Made by a program: the position numbers and the translations under genes. From NCBI GenBank assembly GCA_963813245.1, contig CAWEYE010000003.1, positions 66,023 through 130,022 of the forward strand: a stretch of 64,000 nucleotides of DNA. Direction: 5' to 3'. This document shows positions 18,552 through 30,983 of this stretch, in pieces (the stretch's first letter is position 1; each line of letters starts with the position of its first letter). The DNA is from an uncultured Actinomycetes bacterium (GTDB taxonomy: Bacteria > Actinomycetota > Thermoleophilia > Gaiellales > JAICJC01). The notes beneath the pieces were generated by a model, which worked only from the letters and a program-made list of their open reading frames with translations, made no database searches and was not told where the DNA came from.

Positions 18552-19118
18552 ATGTCTGCCACAGAGGCCGAGCGCCTGCTGCTGAGCGAGGACGACCTCC
18601 AGCGCACGCTTCGCCGCATCGCCCACGAGATCGTCGAGGGGCACCCCGACATCTCGCAGCTCGCCCTGGTCGGGATCTACACGCGCGGCGTGACCCTCGC
18701 CCAGCGGCTGCGAGCGCTGATCGAGCAGTTCGCGGGCGTCGCGCCGCCGACCGGCGCGCTCGACATCACCTTCTACCGCGACGACGTCGCCGTCCGCACG
18801 GGCGAGCAGCGCGCCCACCCGCAGCCGGTCGTCAAGGCCACCCGGCTCGACTTCCCGCTCGAGGGCAAGTCGGTCGTGGTGGTGGACGACGTCCTCTACA
18901 CGGGGCGCACGATCAGGGCGGCCATCGAGGCCCTGTTCGACTACGGCCGGCCGCAGCGGGTGCAGCTCGCGGTGCTCGTCGACCGCGGCCACCGCGAGCT
19001 GCCGATCCGGCCGGACTACGTCGGCAAGAACCTGCCCACCGCCCGCGACGAGCGGGTCAACGTGGAGCTGATCGAGGTCGACGAGCTCGACCGCGTCGTG
19101 CTCATCAACCCGAGATAG
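18552..19118 (+). CDS. pyrR: Bifunctional pyr operon regulator / uracil phosphoribosyltransferase
   Basis: RIAHEI, LDITFYRDD, VDDVLYTGRTIRAA, DRGHRELPIRPDYVGKN. Confidence 0.95.
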   Translation: MSATEAERLLLSEDDLQRTLRRIAHEIVEGHPDISQLALVGIYTRGVTLAQRLRALIEQFAGVAPPTGALDITFYRDDVAVRTGEQRAHPQPVVKATRLDFPLEGKSVVVVDDVLYTGRTIRAAIEALFDYGRPQRVQLAVLVDRGHRELPIRPDYVGKNLPTARDERVNVELIEVDELDRVVLINPR

Positions 19119-19125
19119 GAGCATC

Positions 19126-20130
19126 GTGGAGCTCTATCCCCCTCACACCCCGCAGCCCCGCCGCCACCTGATCTCCGTCGCCGATCTCGACCGTGACGAC
19201 GTCGAGCGCATCCTCGCCACCGCCGAGAGCTTCGAGGCGGTCATGCACCGCGACCTGAAGAAGGTGCCGACCCTGCGCGGCCGCACCGTGATGACCGTCT
19301 TCTTCGAGTCGTCGACCCGCACGAGCTCCTCGTTCGAGCTGGCCGCGAAGCGGCTCTCGGCCGACGTGGTCAGCCTGAAGGCGGCCGGGTCGAGCGTCGA
19401 CAAGGGCGAGTCGCTGCGCGACACCGTGCAGACGCTCTCGGCCTACGACCCCGACGTGATCGTGATCCGGCACGCGGCGGTCGGCGCCGCGGCGCGGGTG
19501 ACGCAGGCGACCGACGCCCATGTGGTGAACGCCGGCGACGGCTGCCACCAGCACCCCACCCAGTGCCTGCTCGACCTGTACACGATGCGGGCGGCAAGGG
19601 GCCCGATCGATGCCCTGCACGTCGCGATCGTCGGCGACATCAGCCACTCGCGGGTGGCGCGCTCGAACATCCAGGGCCTGCTCCTGATGGGCGCCCGGGT
19701 GACGCTGGTCGGGCCGCCGACGCTGATCCCGCGTGACGCCACGAGCCTCGGCGTCGAGGTCAGCCACGACATCGCCACCATCGCCGACGCCGACGTCATC
19801 TACGTGCTGCGGATGCAGCACGAGCGCATGGCCGACGGCGAGGCCTACGTGCCCTCGCTGCGCGAGTACTCGGCCCTCTGGGGCGTCACCAGCGCCCGCG
19901 TCCGCCCGGGGCAGCTCGTCATGCATCCCGGGCCGATGAACCGCGGAGTCGAGATCGCGGGCGACGTGGCCGACGGCCCCAACTCGGGTGTGATCGACCA
20001 GGTGCGCGCGGGCCTCGTGGTGCGGATGGCGGTCCTGTACGACCTGCTGGCGGGGCCGGGGCCGGCCGACGCGCGCTCGGCCCTGCAGCCGGTCGCGGCC
20101 GGTATCGGCGCGGCGCAGGAGGTGGCGTGA
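19126..20130 (+). CDS. pyrB: Aspartate carbamoyltransferase catalytic subunit
   Basis: FFESSTRT, KGESLRDT, NAGDGCHQHPTQ, GDISHSRVARSN, HPGPMNRG. Confidence 0.96.
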   Translation: MELYPPHTPQPRRHLISVADLDRDDVERILATAESFEAVMHRDLKKVPTLRGRTVMTVFFESSTRTSSSFELAAKRLSADVVSLKAAGSSVDKGESLRDTVQTLSAYDPDVIVIRHAAVGAAARVTQATDAHVVNAGDGCHQHPTQCLLDLYTMRAARGPIDALHVAIVGDISHSRVARSNIQGLLLMGARVTLVGPPTLIPRDATSLGVEVSHDIATIADADVIYVLRMQHERMADGEAYVPSLREYSALWGVTSARVRPGQLVMHPGPMNRGVEIAGDVADGPNSGVIDQVRAGLVVRMAVLYDLLAGPGPADARSALQPVAAGIGAAQEVA

Positions 20131-21458
20131 TGACCGAGCGGCTGCACCTGGCGGACTCCGCCCCCGCGAGCGTCGTCATCGCCGGCGGGCGGCTGGTCGA
20201 TCCGACCGCCGGGTTCCACGGACAGGCGGTGGACATCCGCATCGAGGGCGGACACATCGCCGAGATCGGCACCGACCTGCACCACCCCGACGCCGAGACG
20301 ATCGACGCCACCGGCCTCACGATCACTCCCGGCCTGGTCGACCCGCACGTGCACCTGCGCACCCCCGGCGACGAGGACGAGGAGGACATCGCGTCGGGCA
20401 CGCGGGCGGCCGCCGCGGGCGGCTTCGTCGCGATCCTGGCGATGCCGAACACCTCGCCGGTCGTCGACTCCGCCGCCGTGCTGACCGGGCTGATCGACCA
20501 GGCGCACAGCGACGCCGTGATCGCGGTCGGGTTCATGTGCGCGATCACCCGCGGCCAGCAGGGACGCGGTCTCAGCGAGATGGGCGAGCTCGCCTCGGCG
20601 GGCGCCGCGGCCTTCTCGGACGACGGCCGCCCGGTGGCCGACGCCGGCATCCTGCGCCGCGCGCTCCAGTACAGCTCGGTGACGGGCCTCAAGCTGGCGC
20701 TGCACGAAGAGGACGCCACGCTTTCGGCCGGCGGCCAGATGCACGAGGGCGCCGTCTCGGCCGAGCTCGGCCTGCACGGATGGCCGGCGGTGGCCGAGTC
20801 GACGATGATCGCCCGCGACCTGGGCCTCGCCCGGCACGAGGGCGCGCCGCTGCACATCTGCCACGTGTCGGTGGCCGACTCGGTGGCCGAGATCCGGCGG
20901 GCGCGCGGGCTCGGTGCGCAGGTCTCGGCCGAGGTCACACCGCACCATCTGTGCCTGACCGACGAGGCCGTGCGCGACCTCGACCCGGCCACCTCGAAGA
21001 TGAACCCGCCGCTCGCGTCCGCCGCCGACCGGGCCGCCCTGATCGAGGCGCTCGCCGACGGCACCCTCGACTGCATCGCCACCGATCACGCGCCCCACCG
21101 AGACCACGAGAAGGACGCGCCGTTCGAGGAGGCTCCGTTCGGTGTGATCGGTCTCGAGACGGCCTTCGCGGCCATCTACACGCACCTGGTCGAGCCGGGC
21201 CTGCTCCCGCTCCAGACGGTGATCGAGCGCATGTCGGCGGGCCCGGCGGCGGCGTTCGGGCTGCCGGTGCCGATGCTCGCCGTCGACCGGCCGGCCGACC
21301 TGGCGCTGTGGGATCTGGCCGCGACGCGGCGGGTGGAGCCGCCCTACGCATCCCGGTCGAGCAACTGCGCCTTCGCCGGCCAGACGCTGCGCGGCGTCTG
21401 CCGCCTCACGATCTGCCGCGGCCGCATCGCCCATCGCCTGATCGAGGCGGTGGCGTGA
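20127..21458 (+). CDS. pyrC: Dihydroorotase
   Basis: PGLVDPHVHLRTPG, AMPNT, HICHVS, EVTPHHL, KMNPPL, ATDHAPH. Confidence 0.95.
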   Translation: MMTERLHLADSAPASVVIAGGRLVDPTAGFHGQAVDIRIEGGHIAEIGTDLHHPDAETIDATGLTITPGLVDPHVHLRTPGDEDEEDIASGTRAAAAGGFVAILAMPNTSPVVDSAAVLTGLIDQAHSDAVIAVGFMCAITRGQQGRGLSEMGELASAGAAAFSDDGRPVADAGILRRALQYSSVTGLKLALHEEDATLSAGGQMHEGAVSAELGLHGWPAVAESTMIARDLGLARHEGAPLHICHVSVADSVAEIRRARGLGAQVSAEVTPHHLCLTDEAVRDLDPATSKMNPPLASAADRAALIEALADGTLDCIATDHAPHRDHEKDAPFEEAPFGVIGLETAFAAIYTHLVEPGLLPLQTVIERMSAGPAAAFGLPVPMLAVDRPADLALWDLAATRRVEPPYASRSSNCAFAGQTLRGVCRLTICRGRIAHRLIEAVA

Positions 21459-22579
21459 CCGGGAGGGCGGGATGATGTCGGCGTTCCTGGTGCTCGAGGA
21501 CGGCACCGTGCACCGCGGCCGGCCCTACGGCGCGCACGGCATCGCCGTGGGCGAGGTGGTGTTCACGACGTCGATGACCGGCTACCAGGAGGTCGTCACC
21601 GACCCCTCGTTCGCCGGCCAGCTGATCACGTTCACGCAGCCCATGATCGGCAACTACGGCGTCGAAACCGACGTGTCCGAGTCCGCTTCGCCGGCCGCGC
21701 GGGCGGTGATCGTGCGCGAGGGCCGAAACGCCACTCCGAACGGGCGCGAGGGCTTTTCCGACTGGCTGGCGGCGCAGGGGATCGTGGGCCTGCAGGGGGT
21801 CGACACCCGGGCGATCACCCGCCGGCTGCGCGACGGCGGCTCCGTGCGCGGTGCCGTCTCGACGGGCACCGCGTCCATCGCCGAGGTGCTCGAGCTCGTG
21901 CGGGGCGAGCCGGCGATGCTCGGCCGCGCGCTTGCGGCCGGCGTCTCCCGCCTGCGGCCGGAGAGCGTCCCGGCCCTCGGCCCGGAGCGCGCGCACGTGG
22001 CCGTCCTCGACTACGGCGTCAAGTCCTCGATCGTGCGCCTGCTGAGCGAGGCCGGCGCCAGGGTGACCGTGTTCCCGTGGGACTGCGGCGCCGCCGAGGT
22101 GCTCGCATCCCAACCCGACGGCGTCGTGCTCGGCAACGGCCCCGGCGACCCGGCGGCGCTGCCCCACTGCGTCGAGGTCGTGGGCGACCTCGTCGGCGCG
22201 GTGCCGCTGCTCGGGATCTGCCTCGGCCACCAGCTGCTCGGCCAGGCGCTCGGCCTCGAGACGTTCAAGCTCCGCTTCGGCCACCGCGGCGCGAACCATC
22301 CCGTCATCGAGATCGACACCGGGCGCGTGCTCGTCACCGCCCAGAACCACGGCTTCGCGGTGCGCCCGCCCGGTGCCGGCCGCGACTTCGACACCCGCTT
22401 CGGCCATGCCCGGGTCACGCACACCTCGCTCTACGACGGCACCGTCGAGGGGCTCGAGCTGACCGGCCTGCCGGTGTCGTCGGTGCAGTTCCACCCCGAG
22501 GCCAGCCCCGGCCCGCACGACGCCCGCGCCACCCTGACGGAGTTCGTCGCGGGGCTCGCGCAGGCGGCTCCGAGGGCCG

Positions 22580-25751
<3,172 letters not shown>

Positions 25752-26434
25752 CCTGCCCGTCGCCGCGGTCGAGGCGGTCGGCGCCTACACGCTCCTGCGC
25801 CTGCGCGACGACGGCGCCGATCCGGGCGTGCCGGGGCAGTTCTTCATGCTCCGCGCCGAGCCGGCGCCGGCCGCGGCCTACCTTCCCCGGGCGGTGTCGG
25901 CGGCCTGGGCGGGCGACGGCGAGCTCGTGTTCCTGCTGGACGTGCGCGGGGAGGGGACGCGGGCGCTCGCACGCGCCCGGTCGGTGGCGGTGGTGGGGCC
26001 GCTCGGGCAGGGGTTTCGGCCCGCCGCCGGCGACGCGATCCTCGTGGGCGGCGGCATCGGGGCGGCGATCCTGCCCTGGCTCCGGCGCCGGCTCGCGCCG
26101 CACGGGCGCGTGCAGACCGTGCTCGGATTCCGCACGCCCGCCCATGCCGTGTGCGCCGGGCTGGTCGATCCCGACGCCACCGTGGCGATCGAGCCGATGC
26201 TCGTCACCGAGCCGCTGGCGCGGCTGCTGCCGGCGCGGGCGACCGTGTACGCGTGCGGCCCCGACCGGATGCTGCAGGCCGTCGCCGCGCTGTGCGCCGA
26301 GCACGACGTGCCGTGCCAGCTCGCGATGGAGGCGGCGATGGCGTGCGGCTTCGGAGCCTGCTACGGATGCGCCGTGCGCATCGACGGCGTGTGGAAGCGG
26401 CTGTGCGTCGAGGGCCCGGTGGTGGAGGCGGCGC

Positions 26435-27361
26435 GTGTCCTCGCCTGACCTGCGCACCGAGCTCTGCGGGATCGCGCTCGCAAATCCGCTTGTGAACGGC
26501 TCGGGCACGCTCGACGCGCTCGCCGTCGGCACGCTCGGCCTCGGCGCGTTCGTCACGAAGACGGTCACGCTCCACCCGCGCGAGGGCAACCCGCCGCCGC
26601 GGATCGCCGAGACGCCCGCGGGCATGGTCAACTCCATCGGGCTTGCGAACCCGGGGCTCGAAGCCTTCTGCGCCGAGCATCTGCCCCGCCTGGGCGAGCT
26701 GGGCGTGCCGGTGATCGCAAGCGTCGGCGGCTGGACGCCTGCCGAGTACGCCACGGCGGTCGCGCGGCTCGGGGCCGACCCGGCAGTGGCCGCCATCGAG
26801 CTGAACGTGTCGTGCCCCAACGTCGAGTCGGGGTGCATCTCGATCGGCACCGACCCGCACGAGACGCGCGCACTGGTCGAGCGCTGCCGGGCCGAGACCG
26901 ACGTGCCGGTGCTGGTGAAGCTCTCGCCGAGCGTCGCCGACGTCGCCGCGATCGCGACCGCCGCAGCCGAGGGCGGCGCCCACGGACTGGTGCTGATCAA
27001 CACGGTGCGCGGCATCGCGATCGACCGCGACAGCCTGCGGCCGCTGCTCGGCGGGGGCGGCGGCGGCCTCTCGGGACCCGCCGTGAAGCCCGTCGGGCTG
27101 CACGCGGTCTTTCACGCGTGGGCGGCGACCGGCCTTCCGATCATCGGCATGGGCGGCGTCGCGAGCGCGCAGGACTGCATCGAGTTTCTTGCGGCCGGCG
27201 CAAGCCTGGTAGGAATTGGAACGGCCCTCTTCGCAGACCCGCACCTGCCGGAGCGGATCCTGCCCGAGCTCGGCGATCTTCTGCTCCGTCATGGCGCGCG
27301 CGGGATCGGCGAACTCGTCGGTGTCGCCCACCCACGGGTATCAAGCTCAACTCGAGCTTGA
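26435..27361 (+). CDS. pyrD: Dihydroorotate dehydrogenase (family 1B catalytic subunit)
   Basis: GNPPPRIAE, NSIGLANPG, ELNVSCPN, VKLSP, GGLSGPAVKP, IIGMGG. Confidence 0.93.
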   Translation: MSSPDLRTELCGIALANPLVNGSGTLDALAVGTLGLGAFVTKTVTLHPREGNPPPRIAETPAGMVNSIGLANPGLEAFCAEHLPRLGELGVPVIASVGGWTPAEYATAVARLGADPAVAAIELNVSCPNVESGCISIGTDPHETRALVERCRAETDVPVLVKLSPSVADVAAIATAAAEGGAHGLVLINTVRGIAIDRDSLRPLLGGGGGGLSGPAVKPVGLHAVFHAWAATGLPIIGMGGVASAQDCIEFLAAGASLVGIGTALFADPHLPERILPELGDLLLRHGARGIGELVGVAHPRVSSSTRA

Positions 27362-27406
27362 CCGTTTTGGGCATGAATTTCGCCTTTTTATCCCGTTTTC
27401 TCATGG

Positions 27407-27434
27407 TTGCACGCGGCTCTCTCACGGGTATAAT
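27407..27434 (+). promoter_or_regulatory. Probable sigma-A promoter of mihF, with AT-rich upstream tract
   Basis: TTGCAC, 16 nt, TATAAT. Confidence 0.65.
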
Positions 27435-27445
27435 CGCCCCCTACC

Positions 27446-27772
27446 ATGACAACCAGCACCCTCTCCCAGACACCGTCCCGGTCGCTCGATCAGCGCATGG
27501 AGGCACTCAGCCGGGCCAACCACATCCGGGTACGCAGGGCGCAGCTCAAACGCGACCTGAAGGCTGGGCGGGTGCGGATCGGCGACGTCATCGCAGAGCC
27601 GCCCGACGAGGTGCTGACGGCCAAGGTGTACGACATGCTCGTGGCCGTGCCCCGGCTGGGGCGGGTCAAGGCGACCCGGCTCCTGACCCAGTGCCGGATC
27701 AGCCAGAGCAAGACCGTCGGCGGTCTGTCCGACCGCCAGCGCGGCGAGTTGCTCGACCTGTTCCGCGCCTGA
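27446..27772 (+). CDS. mihF: Actinobacterial integration host factor
   Basis: QRMEALSRA...RRAQLKRDLK, KVYDML..VPRLGRVKA, KTVGGLSDRQR; located upstream of gmk. Confidence 0.88.
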   Translation: MTTSTLSQTPSRSLDQRMEALSRANHIRVRRAQLKRDLKAGRVRIGDVIAEPPDEVLTAKVYDMLVAVPRLGRVKATRLLTQCRISQSKTVGGLSDRQRGELLDLFRA

Positions 27773-27794
27773 TCCCGCGTCGCGGCGGCCTTTT

Positions 27795-28367
27795 GTGAGC
27801 GGGCATCTGTTCGTCGTCGCCGGGCCGTCGGGTGTGGGTAAGGGCACGCTGATCGCGCGGGCGCGCAAGCTCGCGCCGGCGGTGACCGTGGCGACGTCTG
27901 CGACCACCCGGCCCCGCCGACCCGACGAGCGCGACGGCCTCGAGTACCACTTCCTCACCGGCGAGGAGTTCGAGCGGCGCGTCCAGGCGGGCGAGTTCCT
28001 CGAGCATGTATCCTTCGCCGGTAACCGGTATGGCACGTTGCGCAGCGAGGTTGAGCAGCGGCTTAGGGACGGCGAGAACGTCGTCCTCGAGATCGAGGTC
28101 GCCGGGGCTCGAGAGATCAAGCGACAGATCCCGGACGCGGTCCTGGTGTTCGTCGCCCCTCCGACGATGGCCGACCTCGAGGCCCGGCTTCGCGGCCGCC
28201 GGCAGAACACCGAGACGGAGATTTGCGACCGGCTGCAGATCGCAGCCGAGGAGCTCTTGGCACAACCCGAGTTCGACCACGTGATCACCAACGACGACGT
28301 CGACCGAGCGGCCGCCGACCTGGCGCAGCTGATGCGGACGGCGATGAACGCCGAGGAGCACAGATGA
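27795..28367 (+). CDS. gmk: Guanylate kinase
   Basis: GPSGVGKGT, SATTRPRR, YHFL, NRYGT, LEIEVAG. Confidence 0.96.
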   Translation: MSGHLFVVAGPSGVGKGTLIARARKLAPAVTVATSATTRPRRPDERDGLEYHFLTGEEFERRVQAGEFLEHVSFAGNRYGTLRSEVEQRLRDGENVVLEIEVAGAREIKRQIPDAVLVFVAPPTMADLEARLRGRRQNTETEICDRLQIAAEELLAQPEFDHVITNDDVDRAAADLAQLMRTAMNAEEHR

Positions 28368-28600
28368 TCTATCCCAAGATCGACGACCTGCTGGCAAAGG
28401 TCGACAGCAAGTACGCGCTCGTGATCGCCGCCGCGCGGCGCACGCGCCAGATCAACGACTACCACCACCAGCTCGGCGAGGGCAGCTTCGAGAGCTTCTC
28501 GCCGCCGCTCGTCGAGTCGCGCTCGAAGAACTTCCTGACGATGGCCCTCGAGGAGATCGCCCAGGGCCAGCTCAAGGTCTCGCCGACCGCGAAGGAGTAG
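28364..28600 (+). CDS. rpoZ: RNA polymerase omega subunit
   Basis: PKIDDLLAKVDSKYALVIAAARRTRQINDY...MALEEI. Confidence 0.93.
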   Translation: MIYPKIDDLLAKVDSKYALVIAAARRTRQINDYHHQLGEGSFESFSPPLVESRSKNFLTMALEEIAQGQLKVSPTAKE

Positions 28601-28608
28601 CCGCCCAC

Positions 28609-28639
28609 CGATGAGTTCCGTGACGGGGGCGAGTCAGAT
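28609..28639 (+). promoter_or_regulatory. Putative ECF (SigG/ECF56-like) promoter
   Basis: CGATGA-N18-GTC, resembling the consensus I recall for mycobacterial SigG (CGATGA-N18-GTCNNTA); terminal TA not matched. Confidence 0.5.
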
Positions 28640-28669
28640 CTCCAGGAACCCGAACCGGGAGGTGTGCTG

Positions 28670-29752
28670 ATGGCGGCGCAGGTCGTACTGATGGTGGGGA
28701 CGCGGAAGGGCTGTTTCATCCTCGAGAGCGACGCGGACCGCCGCGACTGGAATGTGCGCGGCCCGTTCTGCGACGGCTGGCCGATCTACAACGCCGTGCA
28801 CGATGCGGAGTCGGGCGCGATCTACGCCGCCGCCGCGAGCGAGTGGCACGGTGCCGGCATCTGGCGCAGCGAGGACATGGGCGAGACGTGGCAGCTCTCG
28901 AGCGAGGGCCTCGGCTACGGCGAGCACGGCGAGCTCAAGCTCTCGAAGGTGTCCGGGCTGATGGCAGCCCACGGGCGCCTCGTCGCCGGGGCAGAGGCGG
29001 CCGGCCTGTTCGAGAGCCGCGACGGCGGCGCGACGTGGTCGCTCATGTCGACGCTCGACGGGCAGCCGGGTCGAGACGCGTGGAACAAGCCCGAGAACCA
29101 GCCGCCGGGGCACCTCGGGATGGCGGGCCTCCTGCCCGACCCCGACGACGCCGACCGCTTCTGGGCGATCGTGCAGGGGTTCGGCATCTTCGAGACCACC
29201 GACAACGGCAGCTCGTGGACACCGCGCAACCGCGGCCTGCGGGCGGATTGGCCGCTCGAGGATCCGGAGATCGGATACTGCGTGCACAAGCTCGTGATGT
29301 CGCCGGTCGACCATGACCGCCTCTACCAGCAGAACCACTGCGGCATGCACCGCTCCGACGACGGCGGCCGCTCGTGGACCGAGATCACCGAGGGGCTGCC
29401 CTGCGACTTCGGCTTCGCCGCGGCGGCGCACCCGCACGATCGCGAGAGCTTCTACGTGATCCCGCTCGACCCCGGCCACGCGCGCTGCATGCCCGACGGG
29501 CACGCCGCGGTCTGGCGCACCAGCGACGCCGGCTCCACCTGGCGGCGGCTGGACGCCGGCCTCCCGCACCGAAACGCGCACCTCGGCGTTCTGCGTGAGG
29601 GCATGGCGATCGACGGCCTCGACTCACCGGGCCTCTACTTCGGCACGAGCACGGGCCAGGTGTTCGCGAGCGCCGACGAGGGCGAGAGCTGGAGCGAGAT
29701 CGCGAGCTACCTGCCCGGCATCGCCTCGGTCGAAGTCGCCGTCATCGGCTAG
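28670..29752 (+). CDS. BNR/Asp-box repeat beta-propeller protein
   Basis: VGTRKG start; repeated SxDxGxTW motifs; YQQNHCG; GGGAGG RBS. Confidence 0.85.
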   Translation: MAAQVVLMVGTRKGCFILESDADRRDWNVRGPFCDGWPIYNAVHDAESGAIYAAAASEWHGAGIWRSEDMGETWQLSSEGLGYGEHGELKLSKVSGLMAAHGRLVAGAEAAGLFESRDGGATWSLMSTLDGQPGRDAWNKPENQPPGHLGMAGLLPDPDDADRFWAIVQGFGIFETTDNGSSWTPRNRGLRADWPLEDPEIGYCVHKLVMSPVDHDRLYQQNHCGMHRSDDGGRSWTEITEGLPCDFGFAAAAHPHDRESFYVIPLDPGHARCMPDGHAAVWRTSDAGSTWRRLDAGLPHRNAHLGVLREGMAIDGLDSPGLYFGTSTGQVFASADEGESWSEIASYLPGIASVEVAVIG

Positions 29753-30492
29753 CCATGGCCGACCTCCATCTCCCAGTCACGCTGCCCACGGTGTTCGCCG
29801 ACCTGCCCCGCCGGCTCGACGTCGAGGCCGCCACGGTGGACGAGGCCATCGACCGGCTCGACGAGCGCTGGCCCGGAATCCGCGACCGCCTGTGCGAGCC
29901 GGGCCCGGCGCTGCGCCGGCACGTCAACGTCTATGTGGATCGGGAGCGGGCGGGGCTCGAGACCCCGCTCGCGGCCGGTTCCCGGGTCGACGTCATCTCG
30001 GCCATCAGCGGCGGGTAGGCGCGGGCGCAGCCAGCGGCCCTCGCGGTGCCAGCGCAGCATGGTGCGGACGCTCGGAGGCGCGGCCGGGCCGTCCGCGCAC
30101 ATGCGGCGCAGGCGCGCAATCGTCGCGAGCGGCGGGCCGCCGAGCGCGAACTCGGCCTCCGCCAGCCGCCGCAGGTCCGGCCACGCGTAGGAGCCCGGAC
30201 GGCGAGCCGGGGCCGGTCCGGCCAGGGCGTCGAGGTGCGCCGCGAGCGCACGGGCGCGCGCGGCCGTGAGACAGCCATGCGCCTGCCACAGGCGCTGCAG
30301 GGTGACGACGAAATCGCGGCCGTTGCGCCGGCACTGGTACTCCGGCGCGGCATGCGCCGCGCACAGCCACACCGTGATCCCGTGCGTGAGCCGCAGGCTG
30401 ACGGTGCGCCCGCGCGTGCGGTCGGCGCAGATCGCGCACACCGGCTGTTTCGCCGGCACGCCGCGCGCCTTGTAGAGGGTGGGAACGGCCAT
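29749..30492 (-). CDS. Hypothetical Cys/His-rich protein; ORF tail overlaps the MoaD gene antisense
   Basis: CAIC...WLCAAH; RRPGSYAWP; PPSVRTMLRW helix; first ~158 aa fill otherwise empty DNA; true 3' end uncertain. Confidence 0.6.
   Translation of the reverse strand: MAVPTLYKARGVPAKQPVCAICADRTRGRTVSLRLTHGITVWLCAAHAAPEYQCRRNGRDFVVTLQRLWQAHGCLTAARARALAAHLDALAGPAPARRPGSYAWPDLRRLAEAEFALGGPPLATIARLRRMCADGPAAPPSVRTMLRWHREGRWLRPRLPAADGRDDVDPGTGRERGLEPRPLPIHIDVDVPAQRRARLAQAVADSGPALVEPVDGLVHRGGLDVEPAGQVGEHRGQRDWEMEVGHG
29755..30018 (+). CDS. MoaD/ThiS ubiquitin-like protein
   Basis: 87 aa, ATVDEAI..L...WPG, HVNVYVD, C-terminal AISGG. Confidence 0.9.
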   Translation: MADLHLPVTLPTVFADLPRRLDVEAATVDEAIDRLDERWPGIRDRLCEPGPALRRHVNVYVDRERAGLETPLAAGSRVDVISAISGG

Positions 30493-30575
30493 GCGGGAAG
30501 GATGGCGAAGACTTCGTCAGGCGTGGGTCACGACCCGTGCCGAGAGTGTGCCGAGAGCTTGGCGGCCGCCGGGAA

Positions 30576-30725
30576 CCCAATTGGCATCCACCACAGATGT
30601 CAATTGGGCAGAACCCGCGCGGGCAGCCCTGGAAACCAATTGGCATCCACTGCGGATGTCATTTGCGCAAGACCGTCACACGCACCCGAAATACCATTTG
30701 GCATCCACAGCGGATGTCAATTGGG
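30576..30725. repeat. Array of three 33-bp palindromic repeats separated by unique 26- and 25-nt spacers
   Basis: Copies at 30576-30608, 30635-30667 and 30693-30725; consensus CCCAATTGRCATCC-ACAGC-GGATGTCAATTGGG. Confidence 0.9.
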
Positions 30726-30983
30726 CAGAGCCGCCACCCCCGTACCCCCGCCCCCCGCGACGCCCCCGGCCAACCCCAACCACGCCGCCGACGTCCTACG
30801 AACCACGATGATCGCCGCACACGCGATGCGCGTGCTCGACCGCCTCGATGCCACCGGCAGTGCTCGGCACCACGGCGCGCAGGCCGGACGCGGAGGCGCT
30901 CCGATCCCGTATCTGACGATTGTGACCAAACCGTGGCGTCCGCCCTGTTGCGGCGAACCCTTACCGACCGCGACACTACGGCC

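Noticed and set aside
27204..27216. 13-bp match (GCCTGGTAGGAAT) to the tRNA att core inside pyrD
   Set aside because: It lies within an intact coding sequence with no mobile genes nearby; treated as chance, although a secondary att site cannot be excluded
30576..30725. Canonical CRISPR array
   Set aside because: Only three degenerate repeats, short spacers, fully palindromic unit, a solo copy elsewhere and no cas genes in the window; kept as an unexplained repeat instead
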